The notes beneath the pieces were generated by a model. The model was given only the letters and a program-made list of their open reading frames with translations, had not been told where the DNA came from and ran no database searches. From Octopus sinensis (lineage: Eukaryota), in contig NC_042997.1 in assembly GCF_006345805.1 (NCBI RefSeq), positions 78,492,001-78,556,000 on the forward strand: a stretch of 64,000 nt of DNA, given 5' to 3'. Made by a program: the position numbers and the translations under genes. Below, piece after piece: positions 1-12,402 of this stretch. Within the stretch, counting starts at the first letter, position 1. Each line of letters starts with the position of its first letter.

Positions 1-13
1 TTTTTGTTAAGAC

Positions 14-1047
14 ATGGATAAATCGGAAATTCGTACAGCTTTGAAATATGAGTTCTTTCTTGGAAATACAGCATCACAGACAGCTCGGAATATTAATGAA
101 ATATTTCATTCTAATGTTATTGCACAGCAGACAGTATCAAAATGATTTGCAAAATTTCGTTCTGGTAACTTTGACCTCACAAATGAGCAACGCGGTCGAC
201 CAGAAACAAAGGTGGATAAAGACGAACTGAAAGCCACCGTCCAGTCAGATCCATCTCAAGTTACCCGTGAATTATCGTTGTTGTTTGGTGTTAGCAAGAA
301 AACAATATTGACTCACCTAGTTCAAGTCGGTAAAGTGAAAAAGTTGGATAAGTGGGTTCCACATGAACTCAATGAAAATCAGAAGCAGCAACGTTTGGAA
401 GCCTGCATTATGCTACTTTCTCGTCACAAAAACACAAAAATGCATCGGTTTTGAACCGAATTGCAACATGTGATGAGAAATGTATCCAATACAACAACCT
501 TAAACGTTCAGCCCAATGGTTGGACTAAAACGAGCCACCAAAACACAATCCAAAAAGCAAAATTCATCAAAAGAAGCTGATGGTGCATATTTGGTGGTCT
601 GGCGCAGGTGTGATCCATTATAATTTCATAAAACCTGGCTCATCAATCACAGCCGAAGTATACTGCAGCCAACTGGACCAAATGATGCAGAGACTTACAA
701 AAAAAACAACCTAGATTAGTCAACAGATTCACTCCTATTTAAGTGCAAGTGAACGCCAGACCGCACATCGCAATAATGACATTGGCGAAACTACAAGAGT
801 TGAAGTTGGAGTTGGATTCCATCATCCACCATACTCACTTAATCTTTCCCCCACTGACTACCACTTCTTCCAGAATTTGGGTAGCTTTTTGATAGGAAAA
901 ATATTTAATTCTGACGATGCTGTAAAACAGGCCTTCCAAGATTTTATTGACTCTAGAGTGTCAGGCTTTTACAGTTCCGGGCTGGACAAGCTGCCGCTGA
1001 AATGGTAAAAGTGTATTGACAATATAGGTGCATACTTTGATGAATAA
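14..1047 (+). pseudogene. Mariner (DD34D) transposase pseudogene
   Basis: Manual translation from ATG at 14 gives MDKSEIRTALKYEF...; motifs WVPHEL (ORF 212..454), TCDEK(C) and HPPYSLNLSPTDYHFF (YSPDLAP-like); in-frame stops and frameshifts; frame ends ...YFDE* at 1047. Confidence 0.9.
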
Positions 1048-1107
1048 AACTATTCCTTGTATTTATAAAATATTTTTCCTTTTCTACAAATTTCATACTT
1101 GACGACA

Positions 1108-1473
1108 AATTCAGAGGTAAACTGAATCCAGTTGAGCTGACGACATGGGATTCATTCGTATTAGTTGTACAGAACTTTTTGGGGAATCATAAAGCTGAAA
1201 ACTATGCTGATTTAATAAACAACGTGCTAACAGCGTTTGAAAGAATGGGATGCCGAATGTCCCTTAAAATGCACTTCTTGCATTCTCATCTTGATTTTTT
1301 TTTCCGATGAATCTTGGTGCCGTTAATGATGAGCATGGTGAAACATATCTGAGATGGAAACGAGGTGTCAAGGCCGGTTCAATCCACACATGATTGGTGA
1401 CTACTGCTGGTTCCTACAACGGGAGACCAGCACGACACATAATCGTAAACGCAAGTGTCTCAAACATTTCTGA
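1108..1473 (+). mobile_element. C-terminal fragment of a Chapaev3-like (CMC) transposase
   Basis: Translates to ...MGCRMSLKMHFLHSHLDF..NLGAVNDEHGE..GRFNPHMIGDYCWFL, the same motif set as the 14450-16589 element but a divergent subfamily. Confidence 0.6.
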
Positions 1474-1679
1474 GCTGAGCATATCAAAAATAAAATGAGT
1501 ATTCCTTTAACATAAATATATTATGTACCATTATATTATAATATTATTTGCCTTGAACATAAATATTCTACATACAGTACTAGTATAATACTGATGTCGT
1601 TGTAACCGACTGGTCCCCTCCTCCAGAATTTCAAACCTTGTGCAAAGTATTATTATTAAGGATCTTTGCAATTTAATGA

Positions 1680-2797
1680 CCTATCAGGCAATTTAAATAT
1701 TCCATCAGCATAAATTTTGACTGGTTTTGAAGAAAAATGCTTTGACTCCATCTGAAACATTAATTTTTTTTCTTTGCAATGAGTTCTGTAGAGAGAAAAA
1801 ATGAGTTTTAGCCAGATGGCGCAATATCAGGAGAATATGTTGAATTGGGTAGGAGATCCCAACCAAATCCGTGTAACTTTGTTCGGAGAGCCAAAGACAC
1901 ATGTGGTCGGGCATTGTCTTGTTGGAACACTACCCCTTTCCTCTTGGCAATCTCCGGCACAAATTCTTGTATTTTTTGGTTCAAACTAGACAGCTGGCGA
2001 CAGTATACATCACGATTAATGGTCTGGTTTTGTAGAAGTTCATAATAAATAATGCTCTTATTTTCCCACCAAACACAAAGTATAGCTTTCTTGGCATAGA
2101 TATTCGTCTTTGGTTACTGTTTTGGGGGACCCTTACGCAAACTCCAGGATCTTTTTTCGTACACAATCCATTTTTCATATCCAGTTACAAGTTGTTTCAA
2201 AACGGGCATACTTTCATTCCATTTCAAAAGCATATCACAAACGAAATACCGATCCAAGCAATTCTTTTCTAAGAGTTTGTGGGGGAACCATAAATTATAG
2301 CGAGAAATGTATCATAGCTTCACCAGGTATTCATGAGCCATACTTTTAGAAACTTCCAACTCCTCTGCAAGTCGTGATATTTGAGTTTTCGATTTTTGCC
2401 TTCAAAACATCTTCATTCAATTTTGAAGGTCTTCCACTGCGACTGTCATTTTCCAAGCTAAACTCTCCAGCTTTAAATTTTGCAAGCCACCTTCAAACAA
2501 CAGTTGATTCGCCTACAGCATGATCACCATAAACTTCACAAATGTTTTTGCGAGTCTTTGCAGAATTTTCTCCTTTTTTTAAAAAAGAAAAACATTACAA
2601 CGCGAATATGAAATCTTTGATTATCCATTTCAAATGTCAACAAAAGGGAACCGGAATAAAAGGTAAATTTATTTTAGAAGAGATACACTACCACTTCAAA
2701 CAACGCCAAAGTTTTAACTGTGTTACGTTTCAAGTGTGTTCAATGAAATGTTAAATGATTTAGCTTAAAAGGGCTCAGAACTTTCCGGACAACCTAA
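1680..2797 (-). mobile_element. Decayed mariner element (transposase pseudogene plus one TIR)
   Basis: Minus strand from ATG at 2628 gives MDNQRFHIRVVMFFFFKKGENSAKTRKNICEVYGD...SRSGRP; TIR-like TTAGGTTGTCCGGAAAGTTC ends at 2797 next to TA; the other TIR was not found. Confidence 0.85.
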
Positions 2798-3375
2798 TAG
2801 AAGATAAAAGATAAAAGATAGTTTTCTGCTATATAAGGACACATTTCATTAACATATTTCTGAAGCATATTCTGAATTCATTTAATCTTAACGACAATTA
2901 TCTGTTCTATCAAAATATGTATGACTGATAATTTACTTGTTTTTGAAGCAGTCACTATTTCGTTTTAGCATCGCTACTATCACATCGCTGATGTTGCCAT
3001 TACGCACAACGGAAAACATCTATATATGATATATGTATATCCTATACTTATGTAATACAGTAGAGCATGTGAAAAAAGTAGTATACATGAGGCTCAAAAG
3101 TATTAATATATTTGGGTTTTTATAAGTGTGTCCTATGTATATATGTGCATATGTATGCGTGATTATATGAGTATGCATATGTGCGTGTGTGTTTGTGTGT
3201 GTAATAATGATATAGACTTACATAAGGTCCTAATACACGGAGAGAGCTTATTTAAATTTGCACATATGCACACACGCACATAGACATATGCATGTATACA
3301 TATATAATATATATAACATATATATATATGTGTGTGTGTGTGTGCGGTATATATATATATATATGTATATATATA

Positions 3376-3461
<86 letters not shown>

Positions 3462-3613
3462 CTTTAACAATTAAGGATAATCTCTTAATAAGGGATCTTA
3501 ACAAGAAATTATCGGGTAGCTAACGTGAAAACCATAAAAGAAAAGAATTCGAAAATAATTTTTTTCTTTTGAACAAATTAATTATATCTATATTGTATAG
3601 AGGGCATTATTAC

Positions 3614-3697
3614 ACATAAATGCCTCACACTAGGAGGCATTGATAGTATAATTTTGGTAGTAATGACTTTGTCCCTCCTAGTGTGAGGCATTTATGT
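3614..3697. repeat. 24-bp perfect inverted repeat with a 36-bp spacer
   Basis: ACATAAATGCCTCACACTAGGAGG (3614-3637) and its reverse complement (3674-3697). Confidence 0.9.
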
Positions 3698-3703
3698 ATA
3701 TAT

Positions 3704-3748
<45 letters not shown>

Positions 3749-3755
3749 TATATAT

Positions 3756-3914
3756 GAAAGAATGGAGCTGAACGACGAATTAACAAAATTCCTTTATTTT
3801 CGACATATGTTTCGAAGGCTGCATATTCCTTCGCAATTAGGAATATGCAGCCTTCGAAAACATATGTCGAAAATAAAGGAATTTTGTTAATTCGTCGTTC
3901 AGCTCCATTCTTTC
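3756..3914. repeat. Near-perfect palindrome (75/76-bp arms, 8-nt loop) of a PLE-terminal sequence carrying the 3' half of an HHR
   Basis: Arms 3756-3830 and 3839-3914 differ by one extra A; homologous to 30181-30270; contains GCAGCCTTC-GAAAC-ATAT-GTC-GAAAA. Confidence 0.85.
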
Positions 3915-4075
3915 ATATATCTATATTTTTAAGATAAACATACAAATTTCCACACGAAAGCACGTAATCTATGCCCTGCACGTAACTTCAACCGTTTTTT
4001 CTGATGTGAATTTGCTACCCAGGTATCGGTTAATTCGAATTATCCTTAATAAGATAATTCATTCAACTACTCAAA

Positions 4076-4400
<325 letters not shown>

Positions 4401-4731
4401 TACATATATATACATATATACGTGTGTGTGTATGTTTATGAATTTGTGTTGCAAGATTCTTTATGTGAAACCGTGTGCTGAAGCAGATATTGTTGCATTT
4501 CGGGATGTTCTTTTTCTTTTTTTTTTTTCACAAATATACTCATGCAGTATAAATTCGTTCTTCACTCGTTTATTACTGCTATAAGTTTTACTGATGACCA
4601 TTGTCCAGAAATCGTCGCATATCTGTGACCTATATATAATATATTATAGATATATATATATCTATATATTATATTATATATATTATATATATATATAATA
4701 TATATATTATATATATATAATATATATAATA

Positions 4732-4771
<40 letters not shown>

Positions 4772-4777
4772 ATATAT

Positions 4778-4830
<53 letters not shown>

Positions 4831-4949
4831 TATATTCATTTTTCTTTTATTTTGGAGGGGGATTCAGCCAAAGGCTGAGGCCATGCTGGAGAGCCGCCTT
4901 TCAGTTTGTTTGGGTCTCCTTGCTGTACTGATTTTTTATGATGAGACGA

Positions 4950-5290
4950 GTTAGACAGAGCCTCTTTTCTTTGTGCTTCCTACCGTGATGTAGGTTCATC
5001 TGCAATTTGTCCAAATATTTGTTGAAGGTCTCCACATCTACACCTCGCAAATCTCTGAGGTCGTTTGGCGAGATGTTAAACAGCTGAAACCCAAGCTATT
5101 GCAGTTTGGGGTCATTATTCGAGATGGAGGAGACAGGAAATTGGTATTATTACAGTGCCGTCCAGTTCGGTGGTTAGTATAATTCCAAAGTTGGGAACTA
5201 GACCTTCCAGGATCTACCATATGTATAGCTCTACATGCCTTCCCTCCGGGAGTAGAGCTTTAATTATTTTAGTCTCTCCCGTTAGCTGAA
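4950..5290 (-). mobile_element. CR1/L2-like LINE 3'-end remnant
   Basis: Minus-strand translation LGFQLFNISPNDLRDLRGVDVETFNKYLDK..ADEP resembles the conserved C-terminus of CR1/L2 ORF2. Confidence 0.55.
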
Positions 5291-5744
5291 CTGTTTCGCC
5301 GAATCAACAGAGTTTAAAATGCAAGCTACAATTAGTTTCATGCCTCGGAAAATATAGTGGTCGGTCAGGTTTGTATAGGGTGTGTGTGTGTTTGTGCGTG
5401 TATGTGTGGATGTGGGTGTGTACACTAACAACTTCGAAAATAAGACTTGTCATACAAAAAATAAACCAATGTTATTTTGAAATGTAAAAAACAAGTGATT
5501 TGAAAGTGCCCGAAGATATTTCTGAATGACGTTATATGGCTGTTCCAACAAGAGTTAGAAGCAGTCAATATATATTTCGAAAAGAAGCTTTTTCCTGACT
5601 GCGATTTCATTTCATAATGAAATAGCCAAGTTTTGTACATTTCTTGTTATTGCGGGTTACATTTTAACTGATGCGGATTTATATTCCCATATAGGTATGT
5701 AGAAATTTTCACATATGACTATACACGTGTGTAGGCCAAAATAT

Positions 5745-6400
5745 TCTCAAGTTTCACTGGTCCCACTCCTGAACTATACGGTCGTTGTATTGACGACTGT
5801 ATCGGTGCGACCTCACTCTCCCGCGAACATCTAGACTCTTTCCTCTCTTTTGTCAAATCTTTCCATCCTGCCCTCCACATCTGCACTATTTCCGACACCT
5901 CAGTCACCTTTCTCGACATTTCGGTCAGCATTCATCACTCTACTCTCACCACTTCCATCCACTACAAACACACAGACTCACACTCATACCTCAACTTCTC
6001 CTCCTCCCACCCTAAATACACCAAGCTCTTCATCTCCTATTCCCAATTCCTCTGCACAGGCTCTGCAGTGAAAACCATCATCGACCCTGTCATATCACTG
6101 ACTCCTTCACCTGCACTTCTAGCAACGTCATCTACTGCATCTCCTGCTCTCTCTGTCCTTCTCTATATATCGGTCAAACGGGACGCGGTTTGGCTGACCG
6201 GTTCGTGGAACACCTCCGAGACATCCAACTCGGTTACTCTTTACAACACCTGTCTGTGTTCGGATTGTCCTTGCACAGGGGCCCTCTGGACTCCCGTCTT
6301 CGCTGTGAGCAAGGATTAATCTTCACTCTTCGCTTCTTTGCGCCAGATGGGCTCAACACTCCTCCAGTTTACATTTAACCCTCCACCTTTCTCTCATCCT
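5745..6400 (+). mobile_element. Penelope-like element fragment: RT C-terminus plus GIY-YIG endonuclease
   Basis: RCIDDCIG (YIDD-like), VTFLDISVSI...TSIHYKHTDSHSYLNFSSSHP, LYIGQTG.., LADRFVEHLRDI (ORF 6190) and FAPDGLN; frameshifted. Confidence 0.85.
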
Positions 6401-6569
6401 CTCACATTTACTTCCTCCCTCCCACCTCTCCCCTCTTGCTCTGGCACCTACTTCCTCTCTTCACTCCTACCATCTTCCCCCTTCCACCCTCTCCCTTCAT
6501 CGTCACTCCTTCCTCGTTACCCCACCCCTACACATTCCAAGACCACCATCCCTATACATCCCATCCCTT

Positions 6570-6980
6570 AGACACCCACCCTTGCTTCTCCCACTCTCAC
6601 TTACCCCACACCCCAACAGCACTGCACCACCCCAGACACTACCACACCGCATTACCACACTACACACCACCACACCAGGCACCATCACACCACACACCAC
6701 CACACCAGACACCATCACACCACACAACCATACCACACACCACCACACCACACACCACTATACCACAACATACCACATCACACCACCCCGCACACACTAG
6801 CACTGACCACTTCCCAGCACCCACACCAGCGCATACACAAGCACTGACCACTTCCCAGCACCTACACCAACATCCACACATCTACACATGCACACACGCA
6901 CATGTCAATGTCACCAGCCCCCTTCCACACGCACGCACACGCACGTATACGCTCTCACATAAACACACACGCGCACCTTC
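6570..6980. repeat. CAC/CACAC-rich low-complexity tract
   Basis: Direct inspection; accounts for the His/Thr/Pro-rich ORFs 6436..7023 and 6582..6800. Confidence 0.9.
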
Positions 6981-7156
6981 GTTTTGGGATCACCACTACT
7001 TTATTATCTCCCTTTCTTCCTAGCCCTCCTGTGTGACCCCTCTGTCCAGCATTCGCCATGATAGATCGCTAGCCACTATACCACTTACTATTTTCTCTCT
7101 CTCTCTCTCTCTTTCTCTCAGTGTATATGTGTATGTGCATATTTATATATGTATAT

Positions 7157-7240
<84 letters not shown>

Positions 7241-7241
<1 letters not shown>

Positions 7242-7300
7242 ACACGCGTTTCGATAACAACGGTAAATTATATAACATCATCGAGCCCCTCATCAGTGTT
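7241..7300 (-). ncRNA. Degenerate, truncated hammerhead-like motif
   Basis: Minus strand CTGATGA-GGGGCTC-GATGATG..TGTTATC-GAAAC-GCGT-GTC, then (TA)n; the 3' strand of helix I is missing. Confidence 0.35.
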
Positions 7301-7522
7301 TTCGCTTTCCCCGTAGTTTGAGGCTCCTCGTCTGACTGCATTGGCAACAAGAGTTGAGTGTAGGACGTATTGCTGAGCCCTAACTTTTGTTGCGTGTTAC
7401 ACATTCTAATGCATATAAATCCTATAATGGGAATACATAGAATTTAATTACTGGTAGAAGGCTTATTCAAGACAAAAAAACAACACAATATCTACGTGCA
7501 ATGATAACCGTTATGATATATA

Positions 7523-7915
7523 TCCCTCTCTATATAAACGGCAGTTTGTCTGTGTGTGTGTCTGTGTGTCTGTGTGTCTGTCAGGTTGTACCCTCACCCT
7601 GACCACGGCTTTCAACCGATTCTGATGAAACATGACACAGGCATAGCCCAATGTCATAATTCAAAACTAACGCAGCGAAAATTTTGAAAAGTTCCCCCAG
7701 TTCTGAAAAAAATCGATAAATTCGACATGGGGTCAAGAATCAGAAACACAAACCACAGACTGTCTAGGGGACGCAACTCGACCCTTTTAACTCTCAAAAA
7801 AAAATTACCATCATTTTTTTCCCATTTTTTTGCTATTTTTTGGCTATAACTCTCTAAAAATGCTTATATAGTTATTTCCCTTACAAACCCGAGCAACGCC
7901 GGGCGATACTGCTAG
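7523..7915 (+). mobile_element. Non-autonomous Helitron-like element
   Basis: Starts A|TC and ends CTAG|T, with subterminal hairpin CCCGAGCAACGCCGGG; no TSD. Confidence 0.75.
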
Positions 7916-8174
7916 TCAATTCATACATGCCGGAAATTCATCATCAGAACGCAAGCAAATGCATTAGAAAGTATACTCCTATGTTAGACAAATCCCATTA
8001 AGTAATCATTTGGAAAATTGGTGCAATAAAAATATTTTAATATTTTCAACTTCATAACTTAAGAGAAGTTAAAAGAAGAGCAAATGTAGAGAAGTTAACT
8101 TTTTTGAAAAGTTTTTGAAAATGTGATGGACTTTAAGAAATACAGTATATGTGAACAATTTTATACACTATGAG

Positions 8175-8231
<57 letters not shown>

Positions 8232-8259
8232 CGTGTGCGTGTGTGTGTGTCCTATTATT

Positions 8260-8643
8260 TTTCTTATTTCAGTCATTTGACTGTGGCAATGCTGGACCAC
8301 CGCTTTTAGTCGAAAACATCGACGTCAGTACTTAGTCCTTGTAAGCATAGCACTTATTCTATCGGTCTCTTTTGCCGAACTGCTATGTTACGGGGACGTA
8401 AATACACCAACATCGGTTGCCAAGCGGTGATGGTAGACAAACACAGACACACAAATACATACATACATACATACATATATGAGACGGGCTTCTTTCAGTT
8501 TCCGTCAACCAAATCACTCACGAGCTTTGCTCGGCCCGAGGCTACAGCAGAAGACACTTGCCCAAGGTGTCACATAGTATGACTGAACCCGGAACCATGT
8601 GGTTGGGAAGAAAGTTCCTTACCACACAGCCTCGCCTGCGCCT
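8260..8643 (-). mobile_element. tRNA-derived SINE, abundant family (head, internal microsatellite, tail)
   Basis: Head with A/B-box-like GGCTGTGTGGT..GGTTCAGTC and tail ..TCGACTAAAAGCGGTGGTCCAGCAT..TGACTGAAA; many copies in the window. Confidence 0.8.
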
Positions 8644-8702
8644 ATATAAATATAAATATATATATATTCACTTCAACGAATTAAAACCAGCGCTAGTGGA
8701 GT

Positions 8703-9098
8703 AAACATTATCGATTGCATATACTCAATGTATGTCTTTTATCTGTTCGCTGGATTCGCTGCGAGATAGCCCTTGCAGACGACTCCTGTTAACGATGGAT
8801 ATTAAAACACCGGAAAGTCACAGATAGGCAAGATACCTCACCTCGGATCGATTTCAAGAGAGATGGATAAGGATATTTTGCCATATTTGTGGCTTATCAA
8901 CATCGCATACTTGAAGCGTACCAGCGCGAATCGAATCGCCAGTCTATGATTATATATAAATGGCGTAAAAACTATATGCTGATATGCAACATCGATGATA
9001 TGTAAGATTAAATTCAAAAATGAATTGCTAAGCCACAAAAAGGGCAAAATATCGGCGAACAAACAAAACACATACATTGAATATGTGCGATCGATAAT

Positions 9099-9102
<4 letters not shown>
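8703..9102. repeat. Interrupted imperfect inverted repeat between TA tracts
   Basis: 8703-8750 pairs with 9055-9102 (about 85% identity); 8872-8899 pairs with about 9025-9051. Confidence 0.7.
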
Positions 9103-9191
<89 letters not shown>

Positions 9192-9346
9192 TTCAATAAA
9201 AAGATTTTCATCCAACCTCTAGGAATAAAACCGGATAGATGGACAAACTAGAATGGATAATTCTATCTTTAAGGTTCTTTATTTAGCTGGAAAATGATAC
9301 TATTGTACTGCAATAATATTTATAATTCATATATATATATATATAT

Positions 9347-9379
<33 letters not shown>

Positions 9380-9429
9380 CATACATACATACATACATAC
9401 ATACATACATACATACATACATACATAAA

Positions 9430-9551
9430 TTCAGATGAATATGGTACTTAAGTTGAGGCACCAGAATTTAGTACGGTATTATCCATACAATTTCAAAGTA
9501 AGGTGATTAAAATCAAAATAAGCAACAAGGATATCCTTGTTGCTTATTTTG
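9430..9551 (+). repeat. Short repeat ending in a 38-bp perfect palindrome (second copy inverted at 19920-20045)
   Basis: CAAAATAAGCAACAAGGAT|ATCCTTGTTGCTTATTTTG at 9514-9551; the rest matches 19957-20045 on the other strand. Confidence 0.85.
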
Positions 9552-9572
9552 GTTATATATATAAGTGTGTGC

Positions 9573-9627
<55 letters not shown>

Positions 9628-9737
9628 ATGCAGTAAGGCTTCAACAAGAACAGCATTCAATACAGCTAAGAGGTTAAAGATAAAGTTATTATAAGATTAT
9701 ATATATGTGTATGTATGTATGTATGTATGTATGTATG

Positions 9738-9768
<31 letters not shown>

Positions 9769-9879
9769 TTGTTTTAGAGGACAACAAACATTTAGGCAAG
9801 CAAAAGTCGTATACAATATTATCTATGTGGGTTAAAATCCTGATATAGTAAACATAAAAAAAGACGCGAACATATCAAC

Positions 9880-10650
9880 ATTCAATAACAAAATGGTAGC
9901 GGAGGTGTCTGTTAAGTGGTAAAAGGAAAGAAAAGAAAAGAAATACAAAGAGAGGTAGATAGAGTGAGGTGGGGGAATTTAAGGATTGACTTTAGGATAA
10001 AGGTGTATTGGTATATGGTGTCTTATATTTGTATATGGGGTAGCCGAGAAGATAAGAGAGAGGATTAGCAGGTAGAGGAATACAAGGTAAAAATAGAGCA
10101 AAATGAAAGGATTTTAAAGACAGTAGTAGGTGTCTGTGGTAGTCTTAAAGTCTATAGGTATTGGTGAGGAAATCTAGTAGTAAACACTTATGTCCTTTCT
10201 AGATAAGGTCAGTGGCTATAAAGTTATTTTTAGAAATGGGGTTACGAGTGTGTAAGTAGTCGAGAATCGAGGAGCTAATTGAATGTTAAATTATTTATGA
10301 GTGGAAGTTAGAGTTAGATGTTAGGGAATTTATATTAGGGGATATATTTGGTTAATATTTTAAAATAAATTAAGGATAGATTAAAGAATTAATATTATCT
10401 TATAAAGTGATGAGGTAAGGTAGAGAGAATAGATGTAAGATATAAGGTAGAAATTAGAGATATAGAGATATAGGGGAGATACAAGAAATATAGAGGGGTA
10501 TGTGTTAATGATCATAGGGGTTTGTATGTGGGTGCAATACGTGGGGGTGGTGAACTTACATTTAGATTTAGGAAAGAAATTAAAAGTGCGGAAGAATTTG
10601 TGTTTACACGTAATGAAAGCCTCGTAGTAGTTATTAAGAAATTGTTGTGA
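9880..10650 (-). mobile_element. Probable PLE 3' region (end of endonuclease plus pyrimidine-rich UTR)
   Basis: Strong purine/pyrimidine strand skew; minus-strand peptide FLNNYYEAFITCKHKF resembles a GIY-YIG C-terminus. Confidence 0.35.
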
Positions 10651-10699
10651 GTTGCTAGTTGTTTTTCTTTTTTTCCCAGTACCTGAAGCTCAAGGTGTG

Positions 10700-10950
10700 T
10701 TATTGGAACATGGCTTTAAAATTCCCAACCAAATTATCCAGTTACATATGGTCCTTAAAAGAAAAAGGTGTCAATTACAACATCCATTGGAAGATCTTAG
10801 CCAAGTGCAAGCTTTACACCAATGGTAGTGGAAAGTGCGGTCTTTGTCATATGGAATGATGGCTCATCTGGAAATGCAGCTTAGACCTCGCAACATGTCT
10901 AAATTCAAGAACTGAACTTTTTGGATCATGTTAAGTGTTTTGTCCTCCCA
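10700..10950 (+). mobile_element. PLE GIY-YIG C-terminal fragment
   Basis: TKLSSYIWSLKEKGVNYNIHWKILAKCKLYTNGSGKCGLC..CLNSRTELF, homologous to 36535..36828. Confidence 0.8.
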
Positions 10951-11031
10951 AGAACACAGATAGACCTGCTTTTTATATTGTGTCCACCTATAAGCATTTT
11001 ATCTCTCAATATTTTGTATATAATTTTTACA

Positions 11032-11091
<60 letters not shown>

Positions 11092-11096
11092 ATAAT

Positions 11097-11140
<44 letters not shown>

Positions 11141-11839
11141 CATAATATATATATATATACATACATATATATTTTATATATTTTTATTACTTTATATATT
11201 TTTACCTATTTTTTCTATATATTACCTTCCACCCTCTTTGTACGTATATAGACGTATATATGAACATATTTGTGCGTGTATGGGTATATATACGTGTGTG
11301 TGTGCGCGGGTGCGTATATATGTGCATGTGTATGGTTGCATATATATGTATACATATAGGTGTGTGAGCGGCTGTGCATGTATGTATTTCACGCGAGCGT
11401 GAATGAACATATGCATATACAGCATATGCGTATTTTTAGACGTATATATGAATATAACTGTGCGCGTATGGGTTTATATACGTGTGTGTGTGTGTATGCG
11501 TGTGCGGATATGTATACGTGTACATGTGTATGGTTGCATATATATGTATACATATAGGTGTGTGTGGGTGGGTGGGTGTGCATGTTTGTGTCTCATGCGA
11601 GTGTGAGTGAGCATATCTATATATGCACATGTATGTAGGTGTGCGTGTACGCATGTGTATGTACGTGCATGCACGCAAACGCGAATCCGATGAACAGTTT
11701 TTACTTTCTCCCCTTTCCGGTTTATTTCCCTTTACATAACGGTCATTCTAATGGCTCTTCTGTTTATCTTAATAGCGGTCAACTTCATAGTAATTTACCT
11801 TTGTTTAACGGTCATTTTCATAGCATTTTTGTTTTGTCT

Positions 11840-11902
11840 TAATAACTGACGAGATGCCGGAGCACATTTCTGCTCCGACATTCGAAACTCGGAGTTTTAT
11901 TA
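11840..11902 (+). ncRNA. Type I hammerhead ribozyme (intact core)
   Basis: Helix I TAATAA/TTATTA; core CTGACGA; helix II GATG/CAT(T)C plus CGGAGCA/TGCTCCG; GAAA; helix III ACT-CGG-AGT; predicted cleavage after GUU at 11896. Confidence 0.8.
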
Positions 11903-11937
11903 TGGCAACCGAATAAATGTCACATATTATTTTACAG

Positions 11938-11993
<56 letters not shown>

Positions 11994-12363
11994 TAAATAT
12001 CTACATACATATATGCATGTATATATCGCCATATATATAGGCATAGTCATACACACACACGCACGCACTCGCACACACACACACACACACATAGACCCAC
12101 GGAAAAAAATAAGATGAAAAAACACAGAAGATTTATTTTAAAAGACGAAAGAATATTTTAGAATCATAAGAGTAAAAGTATTATACAATTTTGTACAAAA
12201 TAAGGTTTCGTTACTGCCTTTCAAATTTTGGATGAATTTCTGAATTATAAACACACACACACACATGCACACACACATATATACATATGTATATATACTC
12301 ACTTCTATTTGATAATATAATATATACATATACATACATATATGTATATACACACACACACAT

Positions 12364-12402
<39 letters not shown>

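Noticed and set aside
4580-4625. CTGATGACC..CAGAAATCGTC motif
   Set aside because: Helices II and III do not pair
6436-7023. 195-aa His/Thr/Pro-rich ORF
   Set aside because: Explained by the CAC-rich low-complexity tract; no splice or domain evidence
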